Below, piece after piece: positions 25,859 to 38,821 of a DNA stretch of 64,000 nt. The notes beneath the pieces were generated by a model that was given only the letters and a program-made list of their open reading frames with translations, was not told the origin of the DNA and did not search any database. The position numbers and the translations under genes were made by a program. Source of the DNA: Eledone cirrhosa (lineage: Eukaryota); contig OZ024740.1 in NCBI GenBank assembly GCA_964016885.1, forward strand, positions 433,938,001-434,002,000, in the 5' to 3' direction. Each line of letters begins with the position of its first letter. Positions within the stretch are counted from its first letter, which is position 1.

Positions 25859-26137
25859 TGGAGGTCAACTAAGGAGGGGTTCTTCCAACAGGAGTGAGAA
25901 GGTATTGGAGGTCAACCAAGGAGGGGTTCCTCCAACAGGAGTGAGAAGGTATTGGAGGTCAACCAAGGAGGGGTTCCTCCAACAGGAGTGAGAAGGTATT
26001 GGAGGTCAACTAAGGAGGGGTTCTTCCAACAGGAGTGAGAAGGTATTGGAGGTCAACTAAGGAGGGGTTCCTCCAACAGGAGTGAGAAGGTATTGGAGGT
26101 CAACTAAGGAGGGGTTCCTCCAACAGGAGTGAGAAGG
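25859..26137 (+). repeat. 47-bp minisatellite, 6 units
   Basis: GGAGGTCAACTAAGGAGGGGTTCCTCCAACAGGAGTGAGAAGGTATT. Confidence 0.95.
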
Positions 26138-26319
26138 CCCTGGATTTAGATTTTGGTATTCATTTTATGTACTTTGTAAGGAGGAAAAGCAAAGTTTACC
26201 TGAGTGGTATGGCTGGAACACTTTTTAACTGTATACCTGCTTAATTAGGCATGGTCTGGCACTTAACTAATACAGAGCAATAAATATATAACTTTTGATT
26301 TAATGTCTTAAATAGAGAA

Positions 26320-26740
26320 GGTGTTCCCTGGATGACTCATGTGGGCTGGGTGGCCTGGGTCTCTGGAAAGCAATGGCAATTGGGAGTGATAACCCCAATT
26401 TTCAAAAAGGGAGATAAGAGAGATTATTCCAATTACAGAGGGATCACCTAGTTAAGCCTCCCTAGTAGAGTCCATGCTGTCTGGCAAAGAGATGTAGGGA
26501 GATTGTCAAGTCCAAGCTAGCTAATGAACAGTATGCTTTTCACCCCAGATGCAGCAGAGCCAACCAAATATTCACATTGCAGGAGGTTTTTTATAACATC
26601 CATGAGCTCAGCTGGTCTCGCTTGGGAATCTAGCAGATCAATTGGAGATGGTTGCTTCTGACAGGACCCTTTGGAAGACATGTTTGAAGACTCTGCCTCT
26701 ACAAACCTCCAGGGATTAGGTGGGTGAAGAAGAAGATTCA
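26320..26740 (+). mobile_element. Internally deleted RTE fragment
   Basis: PIFKKGD..YSNYRGITL RT motif, then a jump to a 3' end with GAA tail. Confidence 0.7.
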
Positions 26741-27399
26741 GTACTGTAGAAATATTATTGTAATAATAAGGTTGTTATTATATTGAAGTAATTCTTATCT
26801 TTAGTTTCTTATTGTTGTTGTAACTGTTATACTCTCTTCCTGTCAATTGTCAATAGTTCCATTGTATTCTATCACCTCACCATATGAAATGGGGACATTG
26901 AAAAGAGAATACTTTCTGTGTAATGAAATAAAAGTTGATTGTGGGTCAGAACCATTTCACACAACTACCTACACACCATTTGTTGTGTTCGTGCCTCCCT
27001 TTGGAATAAATAGGGTCTGTGGGCCCCAAGTTTTGACATGTTAACTGTTGGGATTGACTCCTTTAACTTTCACCTCAATACAGGCTGTGAAGCTTTATGT
27101 TTAGTGTTGTCTTTCCCCTGGTCTGTCTTCCATGGCTGATCAGCCCAGGCTGCCCACCTCGTTACAGTGCTTCAGAACATTGTGTCCTGTGTGTTGTTAG
27201 ACTACTGAGAAGGAGGCATGTTTTAGAATCTTGCTTTCCTTGTACAGTTTTTAAAGTCTGATTGATGAAAAATATTTAATAAGAGTGTTTAGATGGTGTT
27301 GTGATATTGGTATGTTGTTCAAGGTTATTATTTTTACATGAGTGGTCATGTTGGTGTCTTGATAAAAAGCAGACGGCCCATACTGTAAAGTATCACAAC

Positions 27400-27780
27400 A
27401 AAAATCACCCAGCCCGTACTGTAAAGTGGTCATGTAGGTTTGTCACAATAAAAAACAGCCAGTACTCACTGTAAAGTGGTTGTGTAGGTGTCACAACAAA
27501 AAGTACCCAGCCCACACTGTAAAGTGGTTGTGTAGGTGTCACAACAAAAAGTACCCAGCCCACACTGTAAAGCTGTTGGCATTAGGAAGGGCATCCAGCT
27601 GTAGAAACCAGGTCAAAATCAGTTCTGTGTGAGCAAGACATGGTCACCTGACCTGGCATTCTTACAACAGGACAACTTGTCTAACCCATGCGAGCATGGG
27701 AAAATGGAGGTTAAATGGTGATGATGATGATGATGATGTATCAAAATGGAGGTTAAATGGTGATGATGATGATGATGTAT
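27400..27780 (+). mobile_element. RTE 3'-UTR-derived element with (ATG)n tail
   Basis: GTTGGCATTAGGAAGGGCATCCAGCTGTAGAAA...AACCCATGCGAGCATGG, matching the UTR of the RTE at 58640. Confidence 0.75.
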
Positions 27781-28069
27781 CAATATGGATATTGTGATTT
27801 TATTCAGAATGTTCCATTGCATATTACCAATTATTTGCAATATATGTTATTGATTAAGTGAGAAATTTACATAAACCTAATTAGATAATCTGATGCCTTA
27901 GAATCGCCAAGAAGTTGGTCATTGACACAAATTCTCGTGCAAGATATTGATCCCTTACTTTCACCATAAGAGAGTATTGTCATTTTAAAAAAAAATGTTC
28001 TGTTTACTTTTCCTCCTATGCCTGCTTCAAACTATTGTAAGTCCAGTTGGTAGAACGTTGTCGTACTTG

Positions 28070-29255
28070 TAACGTACCAACCCTCTATAGAATGTCGAAG
28101 TGGAGTCTCCACTGATTGCTGTGCCCGCTTGAAAGAGGACTATGAGCGCCTAAGCGCATTCAATGTGCCAGGCGCCCATTTTCTTCGGTCTCCACTTGAC
28201 CCAGGATTGCAGCTCCATCAGCGAGACAAGTTGTGGGAAGGCCTGTCTCACAAACGGGGCCCACACCGGTTGGTAGATAGATATGTTTCTTTATTAGCCA
28301 TAGGGGCACAAAAGAAGGGGACAATTACAAAGGGGGGAATTTACATACAATAAAAACGTGTAAAATATTATCACAATTGTAAATTAAAAGTTAATCGATT
28401 TTCTCCAATAGGGGGAGACAGTACATACCCCCGAAAAAAATGTGCAACCCTCATCTCCAGGAGTATGAAGAGTTTGTACCCTTTCCTCTCTTCCTCTTTT
28501 TCCTCAACCTACAGGCTGATATAGAGAGAAGGCCCATTCCCTCGGGCCATTCTCGCCACTTTCACCCACCTTTCATAAAACTTGCTGGGGTACAGCACCT
28601 CTCTCTCCATCCTGATTCTTCTTCCAAAGTGGTATTTGAAAAAAAGAATCAGTTGTTGGCCGGAGAGAAAGGTGTCTGACTACACCGGTTGGTAGATAGA
28701 TAGATCGATAGTTAGGTAAGTAGATAGATAGATATATTTCTTTTTTTGCCACAAGGGCGCTCAAGAAAAGGGGACAATACAAAGACACATGCCGGGGATT
28801 TTACATACAATCGTGTAAAAAAAAATAGATAGGTTGCTAGGTAGGTAGATAGATAAATAGATAGGTTGTTAGGTAGGTAGATAGACAGATAGGTTGTCAG
28901 ATAGATAAATAGATAGGTTGTTGGGTAGGTAGATAGATAGATAGATTTCTTTATTTGCCACAAGGGCGCACAAGAAAAGACACATGCCAGGGATTTTACA
29001 TACAGTCGTGTAAAAATATCATTAAAACAAACAAATACAACAATCGAAATCCCCAATAGGGGGGGAGGCGTTACAAATGGGTTGTTTAATACCCTGTCGA
29101 TAGAACAACCCTCAACTCCAGGAGCGTGTTGTGCAAGTGCTCCTTTCTTCCTTTTGCTCTCTTCTTCAATCTACAGGCTTATAAACAGAGAAGGCCCAAT
29201 CACTCGGGCCATTTTTGCTACATTCACCCACCTTTCAGTAAATTTACTGGGATGG
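28070..29255 (-). mobile_element. Cluster of Tx1/L1-clade fragments (one internal piece and three 3' ends) separated by GATA-type microsatellites
   Basis: 28073-28272 is homologous to 55468-55666; 28286-28680, 28737-28825 and 28946-29250 are homologous to 56110-56520. Confidence 0.85.
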
Positions 29256-29429
29256 ATAAGTTTATAGTGTTAGGTAGATAGATAGAAAAATGTAGAGGGA
29301 GATTAACTGCAATGATTTAAGGATTAAATAGATTTATAGATCCAGAGATTATTTCAGTTACTCATGATGGTTCTAGGTCATTATTATCTTTGTTTACTGT
29401 AATTCCAAGGTTAGATTCAGGATTCATAT

Positions 29430-30292
29430 ATCATCATCATCATCATCATCGTTTAATGTCTATCTTCCACGCTAGCATGGGTTGGATAGGTTTATCCCAC
29501 TTGAGACAAGATTGGTCGGGTGACCGTGTCTCGCTTGTATAGTACTGTTTCTGGCTGGTTTTCTATGGCGGGATGCCCCTCATAATGCCAACCACTTTAC
29601 AGTGTGGACTGGGTGCTTTTTTACCGTGTCTCCTACACGACCACTTTACAGTGTGGACTGGGTGCTTTTTGTCATGACACCTACACGACCACTTATGTGT
29701 GGGCTGGATGTTCTGTACTACCAACATAACTTTACAGAGAAAGGGTGTTGTGGGTGGAAGTGGGAGGATGGAGTAGGGGTAGTGGGGTGTGTGTTTATTT
29801 GGTTAAGAGGTGCCTACTGACTAGGTTTAAGTTCGTACGTTAGGGAAGGCGGGTCTTCTGTATAACTGCATAGCGCAAAATATCTCGATCCAGTGACATT
29901 GTCTTAGAGAGGTGTAAGTGTGCAAGGTCAGTTTTTATCACCTTGTCCCAGGTTTTATTGGGTCTACCTACTCCGTAACTACCATCAATTTTGATCGCCC
30001 TGCACTTTTTTATACAGCTGTCGTCTTTCATGCACATCACGTGGTCATACCAACATAGTCTTCTCTCAAGTAAACAGCATCTGATCCCTCTTATTCCTAA
30101 TTTCTCACTTAGTTCATTTATGCTTTGCCATTCATGTATATTACTATTACACATCCAACGGAGGCTGCATGCTTCGTTCCTTTCCAATCTGTGCAGGTCC
30201 TCTGCACGCAATGCCCATGTCTCACTGCCATGTAGCGTTGCTGTTTGTATGCAAGCATCATACAACTTGCCTTTCATTTTTAGAGAGAAACC
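29430..30292 (-). mobile_element. 5'-truncated RTE LINE
   Basis: GFSLKMKGKLYDAC...LHGSETWAL...RRLCWYDHVM...GRP; UTR and (ATG)n tail. Confidence 0.92.
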
Positions 30293-31069
30293 TATATATA
30301 ACCTGCACACATACATATACACACATACAAGCCGGTGCAATGATGAAATACATTTAGTATAGTCTATAAAGTGATTGGTGTTACAAATAGCATCTAATCA
30401 TAGAAACAATGCCAAAAATAAAACAGATGAGTGTTTGTGAGCTACAAGATAAACAAGCACCCAGTACACTCTGTAAATTTGTTGGTAGTAGAAAGGTTAC
30501 CCACCTGTAGAAAACATGCCAATGAAAGGGTCATGAAGACACACCAAAGAGATGACAATGTTGGGTGAGAGAGAAGGACTTTGTTAGTCTCCCAACCCAC
30601 CTGGTGGTCACAAGCTTAAGTACTGACCAGTCTGTGATATGTGCAACATCAGCTAGCAGAGAAAGATGATGTTAATGATGATGAGTATATCTGGGAGTAA
30701 ATACACTTCCCTTTTAAAACATCTTGCAAAGGTTTAGCATAAAATATCTAAAAATGGGTTTGTCAATTCAAATATTTATAGTATTTTCCTTGTGGACAGA
30801 TCATTGTAAAGATTTGCAGTATTTTGGGGTAAAAGCTAGTATTTTTCATGCGATACAGTCTCGGTGCTGCCTTCTACTTTTCAAGAATGTTTTGCTATTT
30901 AGCTTTAAGAAAATGAACATTTAAACTACTTTGGCATTGAGTGCCCTTTTCTCTCAGTCATCAACTACACACACACACACACACACACACATACATATAT
31001 ATATGAAAACTATTTAAAGCACTTAATCATTAATTTATTATTGTGTTATAAATTGTTTTGGTCTTCAGA

Positions 31070-31461
31070 TATGTAACATGTGTAACGTGTGTGTTGTCAC
31101 TGTAGTAACATGTGTAACGTGTGTGTTGTCACTGTAGTAACATGTGTAATGTGTGTGTTGTCACTGTAGTAACATGTGTAACGTGTGTGTGTATGTATGC
31201 ATGTGTATGTTTGTGTGTGTGTCTATCCCTGTGTGTGTATGTATGCATGTGTATGTTTGTGTGTGTGTCTATCCCTTTGTGTGTATGTATGCATGTGTAT
31301 GTTTGTGTGTGTGTCTATCCCTGTGTGTGTATGTATGCATGTGTATGTTTGTGTGTGTGTCTATCCCTGTGTGTGTATGTATGCATGTGTATGTTTGTGT
31401 GTGTGCCTATCCCTGTGTGTGTATGTATGCATTGTATGTTTGTGTGTGTGTCTATCCCTGT
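31070..31461 (+). repeat. Adjacent 32-bp and 46-bp TG-rich minisatellites
   Basis: TGTAGTAACATGTGTAACGTGTGTGTTGTCAC about 3.5 times; CTATCCCT at 46-bp spacing. Confidence 0.9.
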
Positions 31462-31699
31462 CCTTGCTTTCAACTATAATTGAAAAGGAAATGAAACTGT
31501 GATTGCAGGAAAAGCCCTTTGATAATAGGTTTGCTTAAATGAGGTTGAGCTCCACTTAGAGAAACCAGCTTACAAACTATAATAATAAAGTTCTATACTG
31601 CTAAAGGCAACACAAGTCTGTACAAGTAGACATAGACTGTGTAATAAGGATTTTAAATCTATTTACATTAATTTTCAATTTAATCTTTTAATCATGCCT

Positions 31700-32135
31700 A
31701 CACCTATGGTAAAAAATCTAGGGTAATGACCAAAAGAATATGATCGTGAATACAAGCAGTTGAAATGGGGTTCCACCAAAAGGTCTTTGGAGTAACATTA
31801 CTTGATAGAGTGGGTACCTTGGAGATGAGAGAGTCACTCCAGGTAGAGCTGCTACTTCTCCAAATTGAGAGACCACAACACCAGTACTATGGGCATGTGG
31901 TTAGAATGTCTCAAGAAAGAATCAGTGGACAGATTTTACGGGCAAAACCAATTGGCAGGAGACTCAGGGGTAGACCAGAGCTAAATAGTTGGATAGCATC
32001 TATGAGCTCAGCTGCTCTCCCTTGGGGATCCAACGGAATCAGTTGGAGCCACTTGCTTCTGACAGGACCTGTTGGAAGGAGTGTTTCACGACTCTGTTCG
32101 CACAACTCACCCAGGAATAAGTGAGAAAAGACGAA
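31700..32135 (+). mobile_element. RTE-clade (second family) 3' fragment
   Basis: IQAVEMGF...GVTLLDRV...YYGHVVRM...RLRGRP. Confidence 0.85.
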
Positions 32136-32184
32136 ACATCTTTCAATATATTTAAGTTCTGTAAAATTGGGTTAGTTGAAGCTG

Positions 32185-32637
32185 TTGATAAAGAATGGGT
32201 CTGGGTATGGGGTGGGGGGTTAATGTGGTCAACTTTGATAAAGAATGGGTCTGGGTATGGGGTGGGGGGTTAATGTGGTCAACTTTGATAAAGAATGGGT
32301 CTGGGTATGGGGTGGGGGGTTAATGTGGTCAACTTTGATAAAGAATGGGTCTGGGTATGGGGTGGGGGGTTAATGTGGTCAACTTTGATAAAGAATGGGT
32401 CTGGGTATGGGGTGGGGGGTTAATGTGGTCAACTTTGATAAAGAATGGGTCTGGGTATGGGGTGGGGGGTTAATGTGGTCAACTTTGATAAAGAATGGGT
32501 CTGGGTATGGGGTGGGGGGTTAATGTGGTCAACTTTGATAAAGAATGGGTCTGGGTATGGGGTGGGGGGTTAATGTGGTCAACTTTGATAAAGAATGGGT
32601 CTGGGTATGGGGTGGGGGGTTAATGTGGTCAACTTTG
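32185..32637 (+). repeat. 50-bp perfect minisatellite, 9 units, G-rich
   Basis: TTGATAAAGAATGGGTCTGGGTATGGGGTGGGGGGTTAATGTGGTCAACT. Confidence 0.97.
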
Positions 32638-32699
32638 CTGCAATGCATGGTGTCCGATTTCTACCAATTCTGTCAACCCACTGCATCCTTGGAATAGTA

Positions 32700-32912
32700 A
32701 TAATGGTTTCTGATTTTTAGACACAAGGCCAGCAATTCTGGGGGAGGGGAAAGTCAATTAAATTGACCCCAGCGCATTACTGGTACTTTATTTTATCGAC
32801 CTCGTAAGGATGAAAGGCAAAGTTAACCTCGGTGGGATTTGAAATCAGTATGTAAAGGGCAGTAACTCTATGCTGCAAAACATGGTGTCTGACATTCTAC
32901 CAATCCACCACC
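32700..32912 (-). mobile_element. Meta-type SINE (long 3' variant); a SINE head fragment lies at 32635-32685
   Basis: Conserved core and A/B-box region. Confidence 0.88.
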
Positions 32913-33035
32913 CTAACATTATAGTTAAGTTGACCATGGCAGGATTGAACCCAAAATGATGAGATCCTAAATTGTTCTCCAATTACACAATTGGAGATTA
33001 GACTGGAACAATATTGTTGATATAATTACTGCTGA

Positions 33036-33466
33036 GGTTAGATTATACATGGTTGGTAAAGTGGGGTTAGATTATACATGGTTGGTAAAGTGGGGTTAGA
33101 TTATACATGGTTGGTAAAGTGGGGTTAGATTATACATGGTTGGTAAAGTGGGGTTAGATTATACATGGTGGGTAAAGTGGGGTTAGATTATACATGGTTG
33201 GTAAAGTGGGGTTAGATTATACATGGTTGGTAAAGTGGGGTTAGATTATACATGGTTGGTAAAGTGGGGTTAGATTATACATGGTTGGTAAAGTGGGGTT
33301 AGATTATACATGGTTGGTAAAGTGGGGTTAGATTATACATGGTGGGTAAAGTGAGGTTAGATTATACATGGTTGGTAAAGTGGGGTTAGATTATACATGG
33401 TGGGTAAAGTGAGGTTAGATTATACATGGTTGGTAAAGTGGGGTTAGATTATACATGGTGGGTAAA
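33036..33466 (+). repeat. 29-bp minisatellite
   Basis: GTGGGGTTAGATTATACATGGTTGGTAAA. Confidence 0.95.
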
Positions 33467-34038
33467 GAATATATCACATGTGGTTGGTAAAGAATATATC
33501 ACATGTGGTTGGTAAAGAATATATCACATGTGGTTGGTAAAGATATATCACACATGGTTGGTAAAGAATATCATATCACACATGGTAAAGAATGTCATAT
33601 CACACATGGTAAAGAATATATCACACATGGTAAAGAATATCATATCACACATGGTAAAGAATATCATATCACACAGGGTAAAGAATATATCACACATGGT
33701 AAAGAATATCATATCACACATGGTAAAGAATATATCACACATGGTAAAGAATATCATATCACACATGGTAAAGAATGTCATATCACACATGGTAAAGAAT
33801 ATATCACACATGGTAAAGAATATATCACACATGGTAAAGAATATCATATCACACATGGTAAAGAATATATCACACATGGTAAAGAATATCATATCACACA
33901 TGGTAAAGAATATCATATCACACATGGTAAAGAATATATCACACATGGTAAAGAATATCATATCACACATGGTAAAGAATATCATATCACACATGGTAAA
34001 GAATATATCACACATGGTAAAGAATATCATATCACACA
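33461..34038 (+). repeat. 21/24-bp minisatellite
   Basis: GGTAAAGAATAT(CAT)ATCACACAT. Confidence 0.95.
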
Positions 34039-34249
34039 GTATTTTAAGTTACAATGTGTAGGAAATAATCTGTGAGCTATTGTTATGAACGAAAGACAGA
34101 ACAGCCTGGTCATGAGATTTACATGTAGGTACCTGAGCATGCCACAGACACATCCACCTTTAATATAATTCTCAGGGAGATTCAGCATGACATAGTAAGC
34201 AACAATGCTGGCTCTTTGAATTACAAGTACAGTTCATCTGATGAGCTTA

Positions 34250-34400
34250 CAAACAGTTTTCATCTACCTAACCTCACCCATAAGACTTCGGTTGATTTTA
34301 GGCCATAGTATATGAGACTTGCCCAAGGTGACATGCAGTAGGATTGAACCCAGGACCTAGTGATTGATTAGGAAGTTTGCTTCAAATTCAGCCATGCTGC
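34250..34400 (-). mobile_element. Old tRNA-derived SINE of a second family (CORE-like)
   Basis: ACTTGCCCAAGGTGAC...GGATTGAACCC; similar element at 50050-50170. Confidence 0.5.
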
Positions 34401-34849
34401 ATCCCTGCAGTCCCATGACTAACATTCAAAAACAATACTAGCAAATTTTCTTTCATTTTTATGGTAAGACTCTGTAAAGGAAAGTTTTGATGAACTATGT
34501 TTGTGGTTGACAAGTTTAGATGTCTGTAATTCATTTTACTAATATTATGGATGAGTTTGATCTAATTTTCTTTCACCTGACCCTTTGAACACAAGCAGCC
34601 ATTAGAGCGGCACCGACAGCACCATTGTGAGCAGCCAACTGAAACAGCCACACATCATCATCATCATCATCATCATCGTTTAACGTCTATCTTCCACGCT
34701 AGCATGGGTTACACAGTGTCCTAGCTTATAAACAAATCACTTAGCAACCTCCTAACTAAGCAGATGTCCCATTTTATATGACTTATATCTTATATAAACC
34801 TACAACAGGGTATCAAACTTTGATAAATCAAAGGAGACTGTTGTTGCAC

Positions 34850-35250
34850 CGTCTTCTCCTCATCTTCTTCGTCCACTTATACCTGAGAGGGTCGTAGGGG
34901 CAGAGTCCTCAAACACTCCTTCCAGCGGATCCTGTCAGAAGCAACCATCTCCAACTCATCTGAATGAATCTCCAAGTGAGACCAGCCAACCTCATAGATG
35001 TTATCCAACCATCTTAATCAGGGTCTACTCCTGGGTCTCCTGCATGTTGGTTTGGCCCATAAAATCTGTCCAGTGATTCTTTCTTGAGACATTCTAACCA
35101 CATGTCTATAGTGTCAGAGCTGTGATCTATCAATTTGGAGATGTAGCAGCTTTACCTGGAGCAATTCTCTGCTCTCCGAGCTATGCAGTCTATCAAGTAA
35201 CTTTACTCTAAAGATCCTTCAGAGGATACCTATTGCAGCTGCTTTACATG
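34850..35250 (-). mobile_element. RTE-clade (second family) 3' fragment
   Basis: Reverse complement is similar to 31750-32130. Confidence 0.8.
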
Positions 35251-35839
35251 TTCCATACAAAATCATGAAGGTCTGCCTGCTAAATACCATAGGTTGCCAA
35301 TGTTTGGTCAATAGGAACATCTGTACAGCTTGATGTAACAAAAATAATTGAAAACAGTTTCTAAATTTTTAATTTAAATCAAATTTCAAAGTAAGGCTGG
35401 AACATTTTGTTCTGAGAGGAAGGAATTTTTAGCTCCCAAAATATTAGGACTAAAAAATAAAGATAATAATAGATACCAGGTAACAAACATTTTGTTGCCT
35501 TTATTTCACCATCTATTGTCTTAAACATATTTTCTACATTATATACTATACACAATACTAACTACAACATTCGATTAACAATAATTAACTAAACATTACT
35601 AGGTTAAATGGTATATAAAGGTATATTTTAGCAGAGAAAAAGAGAAAATTACTAAAAACAAAAGCAAATAGTTTGATTAATCAATGAGATTAAAGAGCTT
35701 AATTTCATATTAATCCAACCTGTTGACGTAGCAACAGTAAATAACAGTTTTATTACTCAACAAACACCAACACATTCTATATTGTTGTTTATAAATTGAT
35801 TTGTTTTCAACTTCATGTTGACCAATCCCTACCAAAATA

Positions 35840-38540
35840 TGGTATCCATACTAAAACAATATTATATCAATGGTATCCCTACTAAAACAATATTATATCA
35901 ATGGTATCCCTACTAAAACAATATTATATCAATGGTATCCCTACTAAAACAATATTATTTCAATGGTATCCCTACTAAAACAATATTATATCAATGGTAT
36001 CCCTACTAAAACAATATTATATCAATGGTATCCCCACTAAAACAATATTATATCAATGGTATCCCTACTAAAACAATATTATATCAATGGTATCCCTACT
36101 AAAACAATATTATATCAATGGTATCCATACAAAAACAATATTATATCAATGGTTTCCCTACTAAAACAATATTATATCAATGGTATCCCTACTAAAACAA
36201 TATTATATCAATGGTATCCTTACTAAAACAATATTATATCAATGGTATCCTTACATAAACAATATTATATCAATGGTATCCCTACTAAAACAATATTATA
36301 TCAATGGTATCCATACTAAAACAATATTATATCAATGGTATCCCTACTAAAACAATATTATATCAATGGTATCCCTACTAAAACAATATTATATCAATGG
36401 TATCCCTACTAAAACAATATTATATCAATGGTATCCCTACTAAAACAATATTATATCAATGGTATCCATACTAAAACAATATTATATCAATGGTATCCCT
36501 ACTAAAACAATATTATATCAATGGTTTTCCTACTAAAACAATATTATATCAATCGTATCCCTACTAAAACAATATTATATCAATGGTATCCCTACTAAAA
36601 CAATATTATATCAATGGTATCCATACTAAAACAATATTATATCAATGGTATCCCTACTAAAACGATATTATATCAATGGTATCCCTACTAAAACAATATT
36701 ATATCAATGGTATCCCTACTAAAACAATATTATATCAATGGTATCCCTACTAAAACAATATTATATCAATGGTATCCCTACTAAAACAATATTATATCAA
36801 TGGTATCCCTACTAAAACAATATTATATCAATGGTATCCCTACTAAAACAATATTATATCAATGGTATCCCTACTAAAACAATATTATATCAATGGTATC
36901 CCTACTAAAACAATATTATATCAATGGTATCCCCACTAAAACAATATTATTTCAATGGTATCCCCACTAAAACAATATTGTTTCAATGGTATCCCTACTA
37001 AAACAATATTGTTTCAATGGTATCCCTACTAAAACAATATTATATCAATGGTATCCCTACTAAAACAATATTATATCAATGGTATCCCCACTAAAACAAT
37101 ATTATTTCAATGGTATCCCCACTAAAACAATATTGTTTCATGGTATCCCTACTAAAACAATATTATTTCAATGGTATCCCCACTAAAACAATATTATTTC
37201 AATGGTATCCCTACTAAAACAACATTATATCAATGGTATCCCCAATAAAACAATATTATATCAATGGTATCCCTACTAAAACAATATTATATCAATGGTA
37301 TCCCTACTAAAACAATATTATATCAATGGTATCCCTACTAAAACAACATTATATCAATGGTATCCCCACTAAAACAATATTATATCAACGGTATCCCTAC
37401 TAAAACAATATTATATCAATGGTATCCATACTAAAACAATATTATATCATTGGTATCCCTACTAAAACAATATTATATCAATGGTATCCCCACTAAAACA
37501 ATATTGTTTCAATGGTATCCCCACTAAAACAATATTGTTTCAATGGTATCCCTACTAAAACAATATTATATCAATGGTATCCCCACTAAAACAATATTAT
37601 TTCAATGGTATCCCTACTAAAACAATATTATATCAATGGTATCCCTACTAAAACAATATTATATCAATGGTATCCCCACTAAAACAATATTATATCAATG
37701 GTATCCCCACTAAAACAATATTATTTCAATGGTATCCCCACTAAAACAATATTATATCAATGGTATCCCCACTAAAACAATATTATTTCAATGGTATCCC
37801 TACTAAAACAATATTATATCAATGGTATCCCCACTAAAACAATATTATTTCAATGGTATCCCCACTAAAACAATATTATATCAATGGTATCCCTACTAAA
37901 ACAATATTATATCAATGGTATCCCTACTAAAACAATATTATATCAATGGTATCCCTACTAAAACAATATTATATCAATGGTATCCCTACTAAAACAATAT
38001 TATATCAATGGTATCCCCACTAAAACAATATTATATCAATGGTATCCCTACTAAAACAATATTATATCAATGGTATCCCCACTAAAACAATATTATATCA
38101 ATGGTATCCCTACTAAAACAATATTATATCAATGGTATCCCCACTAAAACAATATTATATCAATGGTATCCCTACTAAAATAATATTATATCAATGGTAT
38201 CCCTACTAAAACAATATTATATCAATGGTATCCCTACTAAAACAATATTATATCAATGGTATCCCCACTAAAACAATATTATATCAATGGTATCCCTACT
38301 AAAACAATATTGTTTCAATGGTATCCCTACTAAAACAATATTATATCAATGATATCCCTACTAAAACAATATTATTTCAATGGTATCCCTACTAAAACAA
38401 TATTATATCAATGGTATCCCTACTAAAACAATATTATATCAATGGTATCCCTACTAAAACAATATTATATCAATGGTATCCCTACTAAAACAATATTATA
38501 TCAATGGTATCCCTACTAAAACAATATTATATCAATGGTA
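35840..38540 (+). repeat. 31-bp AT-rich minisatellite, ~87 units
   Basis: GGTATCCCTACTAAAACAATATTATATCAAT. Confidence 0.97.
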
Positions 38541-38733
38541 AAGGCAGTGGATTGGCAGTATCGGTAGAGGGTCAGACACCATGATTTGTAGCAAAGAGTT
38601 ACGGGCCTTTATGGTCTGAGTTCAAATCCCGCCAGGGTTAACTTTTCCTCTCATCCTTACGGGGTCGATAAAATAAAGTACCAGTAATGCACTGGATAAT
38701 TGCTGGCCTTGTGCCTAAAGTAGAAATAATTAT
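38541..38733 (+). mobile_element. Full-length Meta-type SINE
   Basis: TGGCAGTATCGG A-box, GTTCAAATCC B-box, conserved core and 3' end. Confidence 0.92.
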
Positions 38734-38821
38734 TTCAATGATATTTTTCTATTAAACATCAATATGAGTAGTTTCTGAATAGTTAGGGGTTAGTTCTTAT
38801 AGAAGCAGTTCTATAGTTAGG

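Noticed and set aside
26840-27250. Non-repetitive stretch with a 65-aa ORF
   Set aside because: No recognisable motif, splice pattern or repeat match; cannot support a call
33503-34075. Repetitive ORFs here and at 3752-4147, 31121-31502, 50358-50960 and 61940-62485
   Set aside because: Microsatellite or minisatellite translations
38541-38640. tRNA gene
   Set aside because: A/B boxes continue into the SINE core and 3' tail, copies are dispersed and diverged, and I found no complete cloverleaf
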